Position numbers and translations under genes: made by a program
Part shown: positions 1 through 9,109 of the stretch, in pieces
Numbering within the stretch: position 1 is the first letter of the stretch
Layout of the letters: each line of letters opens with the position of its first letter
The notes under the pieces: generated by a model
The model's database searches: none
Told to the model about the DNA's origin: nothing
What the model saw: the letters and a program-made list of their open reading frames with translations, nothing else
From: Actinomycetota bacterium
Lineage (GTDB): Bacteria; Actinomycetota; UBA4738; HRBIN12
Length of the DNA: 64,000 nucleotides
Assembly (NCBI GenBank): GCA_040881665.1
Contig: JBBECT010000005.1
Location: 524,138-588,137, forward strand
Direction of reading: 5' to 3'

Positions 1-194
1 CCCAGGATCTCGAGGCAGCGGAGCAACTCGCCCTCGCGGATCCGTCCCATGCGGTCGGAAGGCCAGCGCTCTTCGTCGAAGGACCCTTCCTCACCTCGTG
101 TCGCGGTCACGCAGACGACGCGTTCACCCGCGTCCACGGCCGAGGCCATGAGGCCGGCGGACAGATACGTCTCGTCGTCGGGATGTGCCCACAC
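1..194 (-). CDS. PIG-L/LmbE-family deacetylase (mycothiol S-conjugate amidase Mca / MshB-like), 5' part only; the gene runs off the window edge
   Basis: The minus-strand frame after an in-frame TGA reads VWAHPDDETYLSAGLMASAVDAGERVVCVTATRGEEGSFDEERWPSDRMGRIREGELLRCLEILG. This contains the AHPDDE metal-binding motif of LmbE-like deacetylases. The only start candidate is the GTG at 194. Confidence 0.5.
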   Translation of the reverse strand, partial: MWAHPDDETYLSAGLMASAVDAGERVVCVTATRGEEGSFDEERWPSDRMGRIREGELLRCLEIL

Positions 195-315
195 TCCCAG
201 GTTCCGTTCCGTACTCCCCGGTCATCTGCCCGCCCCCTCGTGCGATCGGTCTCGGGCCGTTCGAGCCCGTGGCATCGGGGATGCTAGTGCGTCCGAGCCG
301 TGGGGAGCCGCGAGG

Positions 316-507
316 TCAGGCGCCGCCGGGTTCGGTGAACCGCTTGCCGCGGAACGTGGGGTAGGAGGCTTCGGTGTGGTGCCAGCACCGATCGGTCGCG
401 TTGTACTGCGAGAGGCGGGTCGTGCAGGAGGATTCGGCGCAGACGCGCCCGTCGACGCCCTTCGGCTTGGACGGCGGTGGCAGCTTCTGGGGGCGGGTTC
501 CCTTCAC
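316..507 (-). CDS. Small Cys/His-rich hypothetical protein (63 aa), possible zinc ribbon
   Basis: The ORF starts at GTG and has third-position GC near 90% with consistent high-GC codon choice. It contains C-x4-C ... C-W-H-H spacing (VCAESSCTTRLSQYNATDRCWHH). It lies between rsrA and the LmbE-like gene. Confidence 0.45.
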   Translation of the reverse strand: MKGTRPQKLPPPSKPKGVDGRVCAESSCTTRLSQYNATDRCWHHTEASYPTFRGKRFTEPGGA

Positions 508-582
508 GGGCGGTCCTCCTCGCCCGTGATTCGCCGCGCGACAACCTCCGGTTCGGGGAGGCGACGCCAGGGTACATGCGCG

Positions 583-825
583 TCAGTCGGCGGAGGGATC
601 GGGGTGGAGGATCGTGTCGATCCGAGCCCGGAGCGACGCAGGGACCTGCGAGGGACCGGCGCACTTGCCGGCGATCAGCACCTTCAGCCGGCGCTGGAAA
701 TCGGCTCGACCCGAACACGGGGGGCAGTCCTCGAGATGGACCTCGAGCTGGACGATGCTGTCCGACGCGAGCTCCCCGTCGAGGTAGGCCTCGATCTCCC
801 GCAGTGCCTGTTCGCAATCAGTCAT
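583..825 (-). CDS. rsrA: Zinc-binding anti-sigma factor (ZAS family, RsrA/RshA-like)
   Basis: The 80-aa protein carries the HxxxCxxC motif (HLEDCPPCS) plus upstream Cys/His residues. It overlaps the stop of the ECF sigma gene by 8 bp, the classic sigR-rsrA arrangement. Confidence 0.85.
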   Translation of the reverse strand: MTDCEQALREIEAYLDGELASDSIVQLEVHLEDCPPCSGRADFQRRLKVLIAGKCAGPSQVPASLRARIDTILHPDPSAD

Positions 826-1411
826 CGACGATCCCGCGCTCCTTGGCTGTCTCCCACAACGCCTTCTCCAAGGCCTTTCTTCCCCGATGCAGGCGCGACA
901 TCACCGTGCCGATCGGGATCCCGAGCATCTCCGCGGCCTCCTTGTAGGAGAAGCCCTCCACGTCGACCAGGAGCACCGCGAGGCGGAACCCCTCCGGCAG
1001 CGCCTCGAGGGCGGCCTGCACGTCCTCGTCGGGCATGGCCTCGAGCACCTCGGCCTCGGCCGACGCCTCCGTGGACCGTGCAGCGAGGCGGTCGTAGAGG
1101 TACCAGTCCTCGACGTCCTCGTCGCTCTGCACCGTCTGCGGCTCGCGCTGCTTCTTCCGGTAGGTGTTGATGAACGTGTTCGTGAGGATCCGGTAGAGCC
1201 AGGCCTTGAGGTTCGTTCCCTCGGTGAATCCGGAGAAGCCCCGGTATGCGCGGAGCATCGTCTCCTGTACGAGGTCCTCGGCATCGGCCGGGTTCCGGGT
1301 CATCCGCAAGGCCGAGGAGTACAGGTTCGGCAGCAACGGCGTGACGTCGCGCTCGAAACGCGCGGTCAGCGCCGCCTCGTCGATCGCGTCGGTCTTGGTC
1401 GTTTCGCCCAC
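818..1411 (-). CDS. sigH: ECF RNA polymerase sigma factor SigR/SigH (sigma-70 family, region 2 and region 4)
   Basis: Shows sigma-70 region 2 ([16 protein letters not shown]...[23 protein letters not shown]) and region 4 HTH ([44 protein letters not shown]). It is translationally coupled to the anti-sigma gene. Confidence 0.9.
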   Translation of the reverse strand: MGETTKTDAIDEAALTARFERDVTPLLPNLYSSALRMTRNPADAEDLVQETMLRAYRGFSGFTEGTNLKAWLYRILTNTFINTYRKKQREPQTVQSDEDVEDWYLYDRLAARSTEASAEAEVLEAMPDEDVQAALEALPEGFRLAVLLVDVEGFSYKEAAEMLGIPIGTVMSRLHRGRKALEKALWETAKERGIVDD

Positions 1412-1441
1412 CGGCCCAGTATCGCCGATGCCCCGCGCATG

Positions 1442-2416
1442 TCACCCGGGCGCCTGCGACCCATCGTCGGATCCGTGCTGGGGGCGGGTCCCGGCCACCG
1501 TCAGGTCGAACCGGCCGCGGAACCGTTCGAGGAACCGATAGAAGTTGCGCTTCGAGAGCTGGTCCCGACGCTCGGGCGGCGTCGCAGCCCACATCCGGTG
1601 CTCGTGCCGGCGCACCGGCACGGGAACGACGACGGCACGCCGGCCCGTGTCCTTCACCCGGAACGAGTAGTCGATGTCACAGCTGCGATAGAAGCGGAAC
1701 CGCTCGTCGAGCGGACCGGCCTCCGCCAGCATCGAGCGATGCACGGCGAACAGGTAGCCCTCGATCGCGTCGACATCGGGACCGGTCTGCGGATCCGAGA
1801 CCTCGTGGAACTCGTGCAGATCCTCCGTCACGATCCCGAACGGTCCACAGATCCCTATGCCCGGATCGGCGAGAGCGTCGATCAAGGGACCCAGCACGTC
1901 TCCCGTCGCCTCCACCGATCCGTCGAGCACGAGCACGACCTCACCGCGTGAGGTGCGCAACCCCGCGTTGCGAGCGGTCGCCCACCCGGTTCCTTCCACG
2001 AGCCGGATCGTCTCCACGTCGGCGGGCCACACCGACGGGTCGGTTCCGGCGACGTCAACGACGACCTGCTGAACACGCCGTGCCGGCTCGAACCGCCGCA
2101 CGCTCTCGATCCCGCGCAGGACGTCCTCCGGCCAACCCTCCACGAGCCAGTGCACCGAGGCGTCGACGGTCGTGGGCTCGGACAACACCGATGCGATGTC
2201 CTCGGGGCGTCGCGGGGGGTCGGGCGTCGGAGCGACTCCGGCGGCTGATTCCAGTCGGGTGCCCTCCGGGGTGTCGACGACCCGCCAGCCGAGCGCCCCG
2301 AGCTCGTCCCGCAACCGATCGGCCTCCGCGAACTCCTTCGCCGCGCGATGTTCATCCCTGCGTCGCGCGAGCTCGAGGGCCGCCGCCGGAGGGGACGCGC
2401 CGGCGTCCTCAGGCAT
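1442..2416 (-). CDS. Family-2 glycosyltransferase with an N-terminal CysRS-anticodon-domain-like (DALR-like) helical segment
   Basis: A GT-A core is present ([17 protein letters not shown]). The N-terminus ([43 protein letters not shown]) resembles the C-terminal domain of cysteinyl-tRNA synthetase. The ATG at 2416 sits just downstream of the upstream gene's stop; the listed ORF start at 2518 is probably an extension. Confidence 0.6.
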   Translation of the reverse strand: MPEDAGASPPAAALELARRRDEHRAAKEFAEADRLRDELGALGWRVVDTPEGTRLESAAGVAPTPDPPRRPEDIASVLSEPTTVDASVHWLVEGWPEDVLRGIESVRRFEPARRVQQVVVDVAGTDPSVWPADVETIRLVEGTGWATARNAGLRTSRGEVVLVLDGSVEATGDVLGPLIDALADPGIGICGPFGIVTEDLHEFHEVSDPQTGPDVDAIEGYLFAVHRSMLAEAGPLDERFRFYRSCDIDYSFRVKDTGRRAVVVPVPVRRHEHRMWAATPPERRDQLSKRNFYRFLERFRGRFDLTVAGTRPQHGSDDGSQAPG

Positions 2417-3197
2417 CGTCGTGGCTCCGGAGGAACGCGAGAACGAGCGCGTCCGATCGATCGGCCTGTTCCGAGTGGTACACGTGCCCCGCCCCTTCGA
2501 GGGTTTCGAGCCGCGCACCGGGGATCCGCTCGGCGAGCAGCCGCGCGTTCCTGGGATCGATCATGCGATCCTGCGCGCCGTGCAGCACGAGCGTCGGAGC
2601 GTGGATCGATCCGAGCCGGTCGAAGCTGTCGAAGGTCTGGATCGCCTCCCACTGTCGGCGACGGGCGACCGGCTCCTGCCCGGTCCCCGAGGCAAGGTCG
2701 CCGGCAACATGCTCGGGGTGCGCCTCCGGGAAGCCCGGCGCGTACAGCGTGATCCAGGGCCGGTCATTCGGTGCCGTCCGTCGGTTGGCGGGCACCGGGA
2801 CGAGGTGCGCACGCCCCCCATGGGTCGCCGCGAGCACGAGCGCGCGAACACGGCCGGGATGGTTCAGAGCGAACTCCTGCGCGATCATGCCGCCGAACGA
2901 CTGCCCGTACAGGTGCGCGCGCTCGATCCCGAGCTCGTCGAGGAGCGCGAGGGTGTCGTCGACGAAGGTCTCGATGCCCATCGGGACGTCCTCCGGAACG
3001 GTGCCGAGCAACGAGCGTCCGTTCCCGCGGAGGTCCCACGCGACGACGCGATGATCGACGGCCAGGTGGGGAACGTTGCGCCGCCAGCCCGCGATGTCGC
3101 CGCCCATACCCTCGAGCAACACCAGCGCGGAACGATCCGTCGGACCGTGCAGCTCGTGGTACAGGCGGGCGCCGTCGGGACGATCGAGGAACGGCAC
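2409..3197 (-). CDS. Alpha/beta-hydrolase fold protein
   Basis: Has the GQSFGG nucleophile-elbow motif, plus HG, an acidic residue and His in alpha/beta-hydrolase order. The GTG at 3197 avoids overlap with the upstream gene; the listed ATG at 3245 would overlap it. Confidence 0.7.
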   Translation of the reverse strand: MPFLDRPDGARLYHELHGPTDRSALVLLEGMGGDIAGWRRNVPHLAVDHRVVAWDLRGNGRSLLGTVPEDVPMGIETFVDDTLALLDELGIERAHLYGQSFGGMIAQEFALNHPGRVRALVLAATHGGRAHLVPVPANRRTAPNDRPWITLYAPGFPEAHPEHVAGDLASGTGQEPVARRRQWEAIQTFDSFDRLGSIHAPTLVLHGAQDRMIDPRNARLLAERIPGARLETLEGAGHVYHSEQADRSDALVLAFLRSHDDA

Positions 3198-3201
3198 CCG
3201 G

Positions 3202-3624
3202 TCAGGCGATCGTGTCGTTCGTCGCGGAACGGACGCGTTCCGCAAGCACTTCGAGCGTCCTGATGGCCATCGTCGGATGCTGCCGCAGCAACCCGCGGAA
3301 GACCCACTCAGAGATCGCCGCCGTCCGCCCGTCCGAGGTCGCGATGACGCTCGCCGAACGAGGCCCGCGATCGAGCAGCGCGATCTCTCCGAAGAAATCT
3401 CCCGGGCCGAGCCTCGCGCGTGACAGACCGCCGATCGTCACGTCGGCCGTTCCCTCGAGGAGGACGAACAGCCCGACACCGGCGTCGCCTTCGCGTGCGA
3501 GGACCTTCCCATCGCGGTGGGACGAAACGTTCGCCGCGTTCGCGATGACGCCGATCTCGCGCTTGCTGAGGGCGCCGAACAGGGGGACGTTACCGAGCTT
3601 TTTCGCGAGGTCGCGATCGGCCAT
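3202..3624 (-). CDS. Cyclic-nucleotide-binding (cNMP/CAP-family) domain protein
   Basis: Shows the FGEIALLDRGPRSASVIA signature (FGE...RSA) of a cNMP-binding beta-barrel, and a glycine-rich loop. Confidence 0.75.
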   Translation of the reverse strand: MADRDLAKKLGNVPLFGALSKREIGVIANAANVSSHRDGKVLAREGDAGVGLFVLLEGTADVTIGGLSRARLGPGDFFGEIALLDRGPRSASVIATSDGRTAAISEWVFRGLLRQHPTMAIRTLEVLAERVRSATNDTIA

Positions 3625-3720
3625 CTCGACTCCCCTCCTGGACGGGTTGTGCGTGCGAGCGCCGAGCGAATCCTACCCCGGGGGCTGCACGAGGGGTCGT
3701 CGACGCGCCACCAACGCGAA

Positions 3721-3745
3721 CGGGCGACCCGTGAGGGGTCGCCCG
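3721..3745 (-). terminator. Possible hairpin downstream of the tRNA-Met gene (weak)
   Basis: Inverted repeat cgggcgaccc-gtgagg-ggtcgcccg lies immediately 3' of the tRNA on the minus strand. The following tract is only partly T-rich. Confidence 0.25.
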
Positions 3746-3754
3746 TCGATCTCG

Positions 3755-3828
3755 TCGCGGGGACAGGATTTGAACCTGTGACCTCTGGGTTATGAGCCCA
3801 GCGAGCTACCAGACTGCTCCACCCCGCA
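3755..3828 (-). tRNA. tRNA-Met (anticodon CAU), initiator type
   Basis: Hand-folded cloverleaf. The acceptor stem is GCGGGG/CCCCGC, the anticodon loop is CUCAUAA, and the anticodon stem has three consecutive G-C pairs (CUGGG/CCCAG), typical of initiator tRNA. T-loop is GGTTCAAATCC, discriminator A73, and CCA is not encoded. Closely resembles bacterial tRNA-fMet. Confidence 0.85.
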
Positions 3829-4021
3829 GACCGAGGATAGCAAAGGCTCCTCCGCCGGCCGACGGTTAGGAGAAAGGGCACGGTGAAACCTCCCCCAGAT
3901 CCCGCTCCCGGGGTCCGGAGCTCCGATCCAGGCCGCATCAAGTGTGGGATAGGGTGTCGCACGACAGAAGGCACCGACTGCGCTGCAGGGGTCGTCACGA
4001 CGTGGGGATGGAGGATCTCGG

Positions 4022-5617
4022 GTGAGCGAGGGAACAGCTGGCGCCGCCGAAAAGGCCGTGTTCGACCAGCGGCTCGCGATGCTGCTCGCGATGGCGATGT
4101 TCGTGCTCGTCGTCGATACCTCGTTGATGAACGTGTCGATCGCGGCCGTGGTTCGCGACCTGGGCACGACCGTCAGCGGCGTCCAGTCGGCGATCGCGCT
4201 CGAGGCACTCGTCTCGGCGGCGTTCATCCTGATCGGCAGCAAGGTCGGCGACCTCATCGGCCGTAAGAGGGCGTACGTTCTCGGTCTGATCGCGTACGCC
4301 ATCGGTGGGCTGGCGATGACGCTCGCTCAGGACGTGACCGCGATCATCGTCTTCTGGGCCGTGATCGGTGGGCTCGGTGCCTCGTTGCTGCTGCCCGCGA
4401 TGCAATCCCTCATCCACGGGAACTTCGAAGGGCCGGCCCAGAAGCGGGTCTATGCCATGGTCGGTGCCTCGGCAGCGATCGCAGCGGCGGTCGGCCCCCT
4501 GCTCGGTGGCTTCATCACCACGTTCCTCTCGTGGCGCGTCGGGTTCCTGCTCGAAGTCGTGATCATCGCGGTCGTGCTCTCCGGGATCGGTCGCGTGCAC
4601 GACGTTCCGTTCACAGGACTTCGGCGCATCGACGGGATCGGCGCAGTCCTCTCCGTGCTCGGCATGGGCGGCCTCGTTCTGGGCATCCTCGTGTGGCAGG
4701 AAGGCGGGGAGTCGGTCGCAGCACTCGTGGTGACCGGCGCGGTGGCATTGGGATCGTTCGGCTACTGGCTCGTCCGTCGCAAGCGTGTCGGTGAGCCGGC
4801 GTTGATCGACCCGGATCTGTTCAGATCGAAGATGTTCCGGTTGGGGGTCACCGGGCAGATGCTCCAGCAGATCGCGCTTGGCGGCGCGATGATCGCGATA
4901 CCGATCTTCCTGCAGATGGTGCTCGAGTACAACGCGATGCAGACAGGTCTATCGATGGCTCCGCTCTCGCTCACGATGTTCGGGGTGGCACTGCTCGCCG
5001 GCAAGAGGTCTGGAGCACGGCGTCCGAGCAGCATCATCCGATCGGGCTTCGCGCTCCTTTCGATCGGCATCGTGTTGCTGATCGCGATCGTGCCTCGAGG
5101 CGTGTCAGGCTGGTCCCTTCTGGTCCCGTTGGTGATCGCCGGTGCCGGACTGGGCCTGCTGGTCTCCCAGCTCAACAACTACTCCTTGTCCCCGATCGAT
5201 GAGGAGCGGGTGAGCGAGGCCGCAGGCGTGAACTCGGCGGGCGGCTCGTTCGGGCTCTCGTTTGGCCTGGCGTTCGCAGGAGCCATCATGCTGGGGACCC
5301 TCGCATTCACCTTCACGAACATGGCGGAGTCGAGCGACGTGTTCTCTCCCGCCGATCAGCAGCGCGTCGCGGACGGTCTCGAGGAGGACGCACAGATCTT
5401 AAGCAACACACAACTCGAGGAACTCCTCGTCGGTCAGCCCCAGGACGTCCAGACCGAGATCGTCCGGATCAACACGGACGCACGCCCGATCGCACTCCAG
5501 GTGGCGCTCCTCGTTCCGCTCCTGGCCGCGCTCCTCGGGTTGGCCAACGGGTTCCGGATGATGCGACTGCCCGATCCTTCGTCGTCGAACTCCGGCGAAG
5601 GCATGGCCTTGGGCTGA
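4022..5617 (+). CDS. MFS transporter, DHA2 (14-TMS drug:H+ antiporter) family
   Basis: 531 aa with about 14 hydrophobic segments and MFS motifs (GDLIGRKR after TM2). GTG start. Confidence 0.85.
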   Translation: MSEGTAGAAEKAVFDQRLAMLLAMAMFVLVVDTSLMNVSIAAVVRDLGTTVSGVQSAIALEALVSAAFILIGSKVGDLIGRKRAYVLGLIAYAIGGLAMTLAQDVTAIIVFWAVIGGLGASLLLPAMQSLIHGNFEGPAQKRVYAMVGASAAIAAAVGPLLGGFITTFLSWRVGFLLEVVIIAVVLSGIGRVHDVPFTGLRRIDGIGAVLSVLGMGGLVLGILVWQEGGESVAALVVTGAVALGSFGYWLVRRKRVGEPALIDPDLFRSKMFRLGVTGQMLQQIALGGAMIAIPIFLQMVLEYNAMQTGLSMAPLSLTMFGVALLAGKRSGARRPSSIIRSGFALLSIGIVLLIAIVPRGVSGWSLLVPLVIAGAGLGLLVSQLNNYSLSPIDEERVSEAAGVNSAGGSFGLSFGLAFAGAIMLGTLAFTFTNMAESSDVFSPADQQRVADGLEEDAQILSNTQLEELLVGQPQDVQTEIVRINTDARPIALQVALLVPLLAALLGLANGFRMMRLPDPSSSNSGEGMALG

Positions 5618-5653
5618 CGCACGCTTTGACCGCGACTTCACACCGGCCCGGCG

Positions 5654-6637
5654 TCACCTGCAGGCGAACGACCCACGGTCGCGGAACACCCGATCGGTCG
5701 GTAGCCCGACCCACTCGTAGTCGTAGCCGCTCTCGTGCAGGGTCATCTGCAGCACCCCGAACGCCTTGTTCTGGACCGCCAGCAGGTTGGCCGGCCGCGG
5801 CTTCTTGCCCAGGGGATAGAGCGAGCGACCGCCGGTGCCGATCGTGAACTGACGGATGCCGTCCACATCGCGTGTACCGCTTGCCGACTGTGGCGCCCAG
5901 CGGTGATAGATGTGGTTGTGACCCGCGAGCATCACGTCCACGCCGGCTCCGTCCATCAGCCTCCACATGTCGAAGTACATCTCGTTCTCCGAACCACCGT
6001 TCGGTCGCGGGTCGTTCGGGTCGACGAACTTTTGCCACTGTCGCCAGTCGAACGTCGGATGATGCTGGAACGCCAAGGTGCATGCCGCATCGTCATTGGC
6101 GGCGAGGTCGTCCGCGAGCCACTCGTATTGAGGTGTGCCCGGACCGCAGCCCGGGTCGTCGCGGCAGATGTCGGAGTTCAGCGACACGATGTGCCAGGCG
6201 CCAACGTCGAGCGAGTAGTAGCCCTCGGGCCCATGTGCGCTGTCGCCGAAATAGTCGAAGTACCCTTGCGCACCCTCGGTGCCGTATTCGTGGTTCCCGG
6301 GCGTCGGCAGCGTGATGGAGTTCAGATGTCCGAACTGGAGGTCGTAGACCCGCTCGAACTCCGCCAGCTTGCCGTTGTTGTACTGGAGATCCCCCAGGGC
6401 GAGAAATGCGTCGGGCGCGAGGCCGGTGATCAGCCTCGCCACCTCGTCCGATCGGCAGGCTCCCTCGCCATCGCTCTGGCTGAACGACTGGCACGCGATG
6501 TCACCGACCGCTGTGATCACCGGATCGGCCTGGGGAGGCGCTGCGGCGCCCGATGTGGCGGGCCCGGCCAACGTTCCCCCGCCGATCAGCAGGATGGCCA
6601 GGGCGAGCATCACGCGACGGCCGGAACGCAGGGCCAT
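5654..6637 (-). CDS. Secreted calcineurin-like metallophosphoesterase
   Basis: N-terminal signal peptide, then phosphoesterase motifs (GDIAC, GDLQY, GNHE, AGHNH). Confidence 0.8.
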   Translation of the reverse strand: MALRSGRRVMLALAILLIGGGTLAGPATSGAAAPPQADPVITAVGDIACQSFSQSDGEGACRSDEVARLITGLAPDAFLALGDLQYNNGKLAEFERVYDLQFGHLNSITLPTPGNHEYGTEGAQGYFDYFGDSAHGPEGYYSLDVGAWHIVSLNSDICRDDPGCGPGTPQYEWLADDLAANDDAACTLAFQHHPTFDWRQWQKFVDPNDPRPNGGSENEMYFDMWRLMDGAGVDVMLAGHNHIYHRWAPQSASGTRDVDGIRQFTIGTGGRSLYPLGKKPRPANLLAVQNKAFGVLQMTLHESGYDYEWVGLPTDRVFRDRGSFACR

Positions 6638-6779
6638 ACCGGACTCCTTGGGGGCGATGGTGTCGCGGAGTCAAGCACTGTCACGGGGACGATGGCAATA
6701 GGCCTGACGGCTGGCCAAGGTCACGGACCACGTCCGGGGCGGAGTTCGTTCTGCCCGAACTCCTATCCCCTCTCGCCCG

Positions 6780-7646
6780 TCAGGGACGGTCCCAGTCGAG
6801 CATCACGGTCTGAGGATCGTCGCGATCCACCTTCACGGGTAGGGTCGAACCGACGACCATCCGGGCGACGTGCGGCTCGGGGATCAACGCCATGTGCGTG
6901 ACGACATACGGATCGCGTCCGGGGAGGTCAACCGTCATCGTGACCTGGAAGACCTTGTTGTCGGCCACTTCGAGCGCGGTGAGCTGACACCCGCTCAACA
7001 CGGCGGTCCCGTCGATCCCGGTCGCGCGGAACCGGGTTCGTGCCCGCTCGATCTCGGCGGCGTCGGGGATCCCTCCGACCCCGGCCCCTCCCCCGAGCGT
7101 GAGCATCGGGCCCGGCTCGGCCGCGTCGGCGCCGGCCGCGGACGGCGATCCGGCGGTCGCTGACGTGGCGGCTGCGCGGGTGAGCTCCCATTCGATCGCC
7201 ACCAGGGTCGGGTCGGTCGGGTCGACCTTGATCGGGAGCGGGGTCCCGCTCGTCAGGGTTCCGAGCAGCATCAGGGGGACGTACTCCTTGCGCGTCGTCG
7301 TGTGCGTTCCCTTTCCGGGGACGTCGTAGCGAAGCTCCAGCTCGATCTGCGGCTGGTCGTTCATCGACATCCCGGTCTGACGCATCGAGACGATCGCCGC
7401 ACGGCTCGCGATGCCGGTCGTCCGGATCTGCTGCGCGCGCTCGTAGGTCAGGGACGCGGAGCGACCCCACGCGAACAAGCCGATGCCCGTGAGCACCAGG
7501 ATCCCGGCGGTGATCAGCATCGAGGTCCGCGCCTCGGGGATCGAGAGTCCGATCGCGGCCACGAAGGCGGCGATCGCGAACTCGAACAGCGCCGTGTAAC
7601 GGAGCCACTTCGCCGGACGCTTGCTCCAGGTCATCCCCGCCGACAT
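6780..7646 (-). CDS. Membrane protein with two N-terminal transmembrane helices and a tandemly duplicated ~75-aa extracytoplasmic domain (DUF3592-like)
   Basis: Two repeats: ...PLPIKVDPTDPTLVAIEWE and ...TLPVKVDRDDPQTVMLDWD. The listed 540-aa ORF is an upstream extension that runs into chrA; the real start is the ATG at 7646 or 7634. Confidence 0.55.
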   Translation of the reverse strand: MSAGMTWSKRPAKWLRYTALFEFAIAAFVAAIGLSIPEARTSMLITAGILVLTGIGLFAWGRSASLTYERAQQIRTTGIASRAAIVSMRQTGMSMNDQPQIELELRYDVPGKGTHTTTRKEYVPLMLLGTLTSGTPLPIKVDPTDPTLVAIEWELTRAAATSATAGSPSAAGADAAEPGPMLTLGGGAGVGGIPDAAEIERARTRFRATGIDGTAVLSGCQLTALEVADNKVFQVTMTVDLPGRDPYVVTHMALIPEPHVARMVVGSTLPVKVDRDDPQTVMLDWDRP

Positions 7647-7732
7647 CGCCGTCCCTCCCGTTCGACGACCAAGGCTACCCCGAGGCCGCGCTCCGCTCAC
7701 GTTCCTTCGGGGGACGGTCCGGATCCGTGTAC

Positions 7733-9100
7733 CTAGAGCAGACCCTCGACCACCAGCCCCGCGAAGCCGGCGGCCAGGACCACCGCAACCACCCCGACGT
7801 GGAACCGGCGCATCGCGACGAACGCCGCGACCGCGACGGCGACCGCGAACGGATCGACGCTCGACACCACGGGGATCGGAACCGGACCCCGAACGAGATC
7901 CACGGCTCGCACGCGATCGAACAGGGTCGTGAACGCGAAGGTCAGGGCGAGGCTCGCGATCACCCCGACGACCACGGCGGTCACCGTCTGCAGGGCCGCG
8001 CCCAACCTCCGGTTGCCGCGGAGGCGCTCGATGTAGGGAGCCCCGAGGAAGATCCATAGGAAGCACGGGACGAACGTGGCCCACACCACGACGAACGCTC
8101 CGAGGGCCCCCGCGACGACCGGATCGAGATCTCCCGGGTTCCGGTAGGCGCCGACGAAACCCACGAACTCCACGACCATGATCAGCGGACCGGGCGTGGA
8201 TTCCGCGAGCCCGAGGCCCACGACCATCTGCCCGGGCAGCAGCCACCCGTACTGCAGCACGGCGGCCTGGTTGATGTAGCTGAGGACCGCGTACGCACCA
8301 CCGAACGTGATCAACGAAGCCCGGCTGAAGAACCACGCCTGCTCGGTAAGGGTGTCGCCGGTCCCCCTCCACCACGCGACGGCGAGCAAGGGGAGGAACC
8401 ACACGGCAAGTCCGACCACGAGCACCACGATCGACCGCCGGATGTTCGGTCGCGCGTGCACGCCCGCCTCGGCATCGTCGCGGATCGCCGCCTGCTCGTC
8501 ATCTTCCAGCTCGCGCTCGACACCGACCTCGAACAGGTCCGGACGGACCCGGTCGCCGACGAGGCCGAGCGCGACGGCACCGATCACCACCAGCGGGAAC
8601 GGCACGTGCAGAAGAAAGATCGCGATGAACGCCGCTCCCGCGACGGCGACCATGAGCGGGTTCGCGAGCGCTGTGGAGCCGATCCGGATCGTCGCCACGA
8701 CGATGATCCCGACCACCGCCGCGGCCAGCCCCGAGAAGATGCCGGCGATCCACACGATGTCGCCGTGCACCGCATACACCCACGACAGCGCCAGCAGCAA
8801 GAAGAAGCTCGGGAGGACGAAGGCGATCCCCGCGACCAGACCTCCCTTCGCCCGATGCAGCAACCACCCGACGTAGATCGCGAGCTGCTGCGCCTCCGGA
8901 CCGGGCAGGAGCATGCAGTAGTTCAGCGCGTGGAGGAACCGTCCCTCGCCGACCCAGCGGCGACGGTGCACGATCTCCTCGTGCATGATCGCGATCTGCC
9001 CGGTCGGGCCGCCGAAGTTGATGAATCCGAGCTTGATCCAGAATCGCGCCGCGTCGCGGAACGCGACGCCGTGTCCAGCGACCTCGCCGCCCGGCTCCAC
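7733..9100 (-). CDS. chrA: Chromate transporter ChrA (fused two-domain CHR family)
   Basis: 455 aa with duplicated CHR domains. The WIKLGFINFGGPTGQIAIMHEEIV and ITFGGAYAVLSYINQ motifs are present. Confidence 0.9.
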   Translation of the reverse strand: MEPGGEVAGHGVAFRDAARFWIKLGFINFGGPTGQIAIMHEEIVHRRRWVGEGRFLHALNYCMLLPGPEAQQLAIYVGWLLHRAKGGLVAGIAFVLPSFFLLLALSWVYAVHGDIVWIAGIFSGLAAAVVGIIVVATIRIGSTALANPLMVAVAGAAFIAIFLLHVPFPLVVIGAVALGLVGDRVRPDLFEVGVERELEDDEQAAIRDDAEAGVHARPNIRRSIVVLVVGLAVWFLPLLAVAWWRGTGDTLTEQAWFFSRASLITFGGAYAVLSYINQAAVLQYGWLLPGQMVVGLGLAESTPGPLIMVVEFVGFVGAYRNPGDLDPVVAGALGAFVVVWATFVPCFLWIFLGAPYIERLRGNRRLGAALQTVTAVVVGVIASLALTFAFTTLFDRVRAVDLVRGPVPIPVVSSVDPFAVAVAVAAFVAMRRFHVGVVAVVLAAGFAGLVVEGLL

Positions 9101-9109
9101 GGCGGAGAC

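Noticed and set aside
3700-3900. tRNA gene as an integration hotspot or genomic island boundary
   Set aside because: No integrase, no direct repeat of the tRNA 3' end, and no compositional shift in the flanking MFS transporter or cNMP-binding genes.
6740-6765. Inverted repeat ggagttcg-N7-cgaactcc between the phosphoesterase and the tandem-domain membrane protein
   Set aside because: Short stem without a following T-tract on either strand. Could equally be chance in GC-rich DNA.
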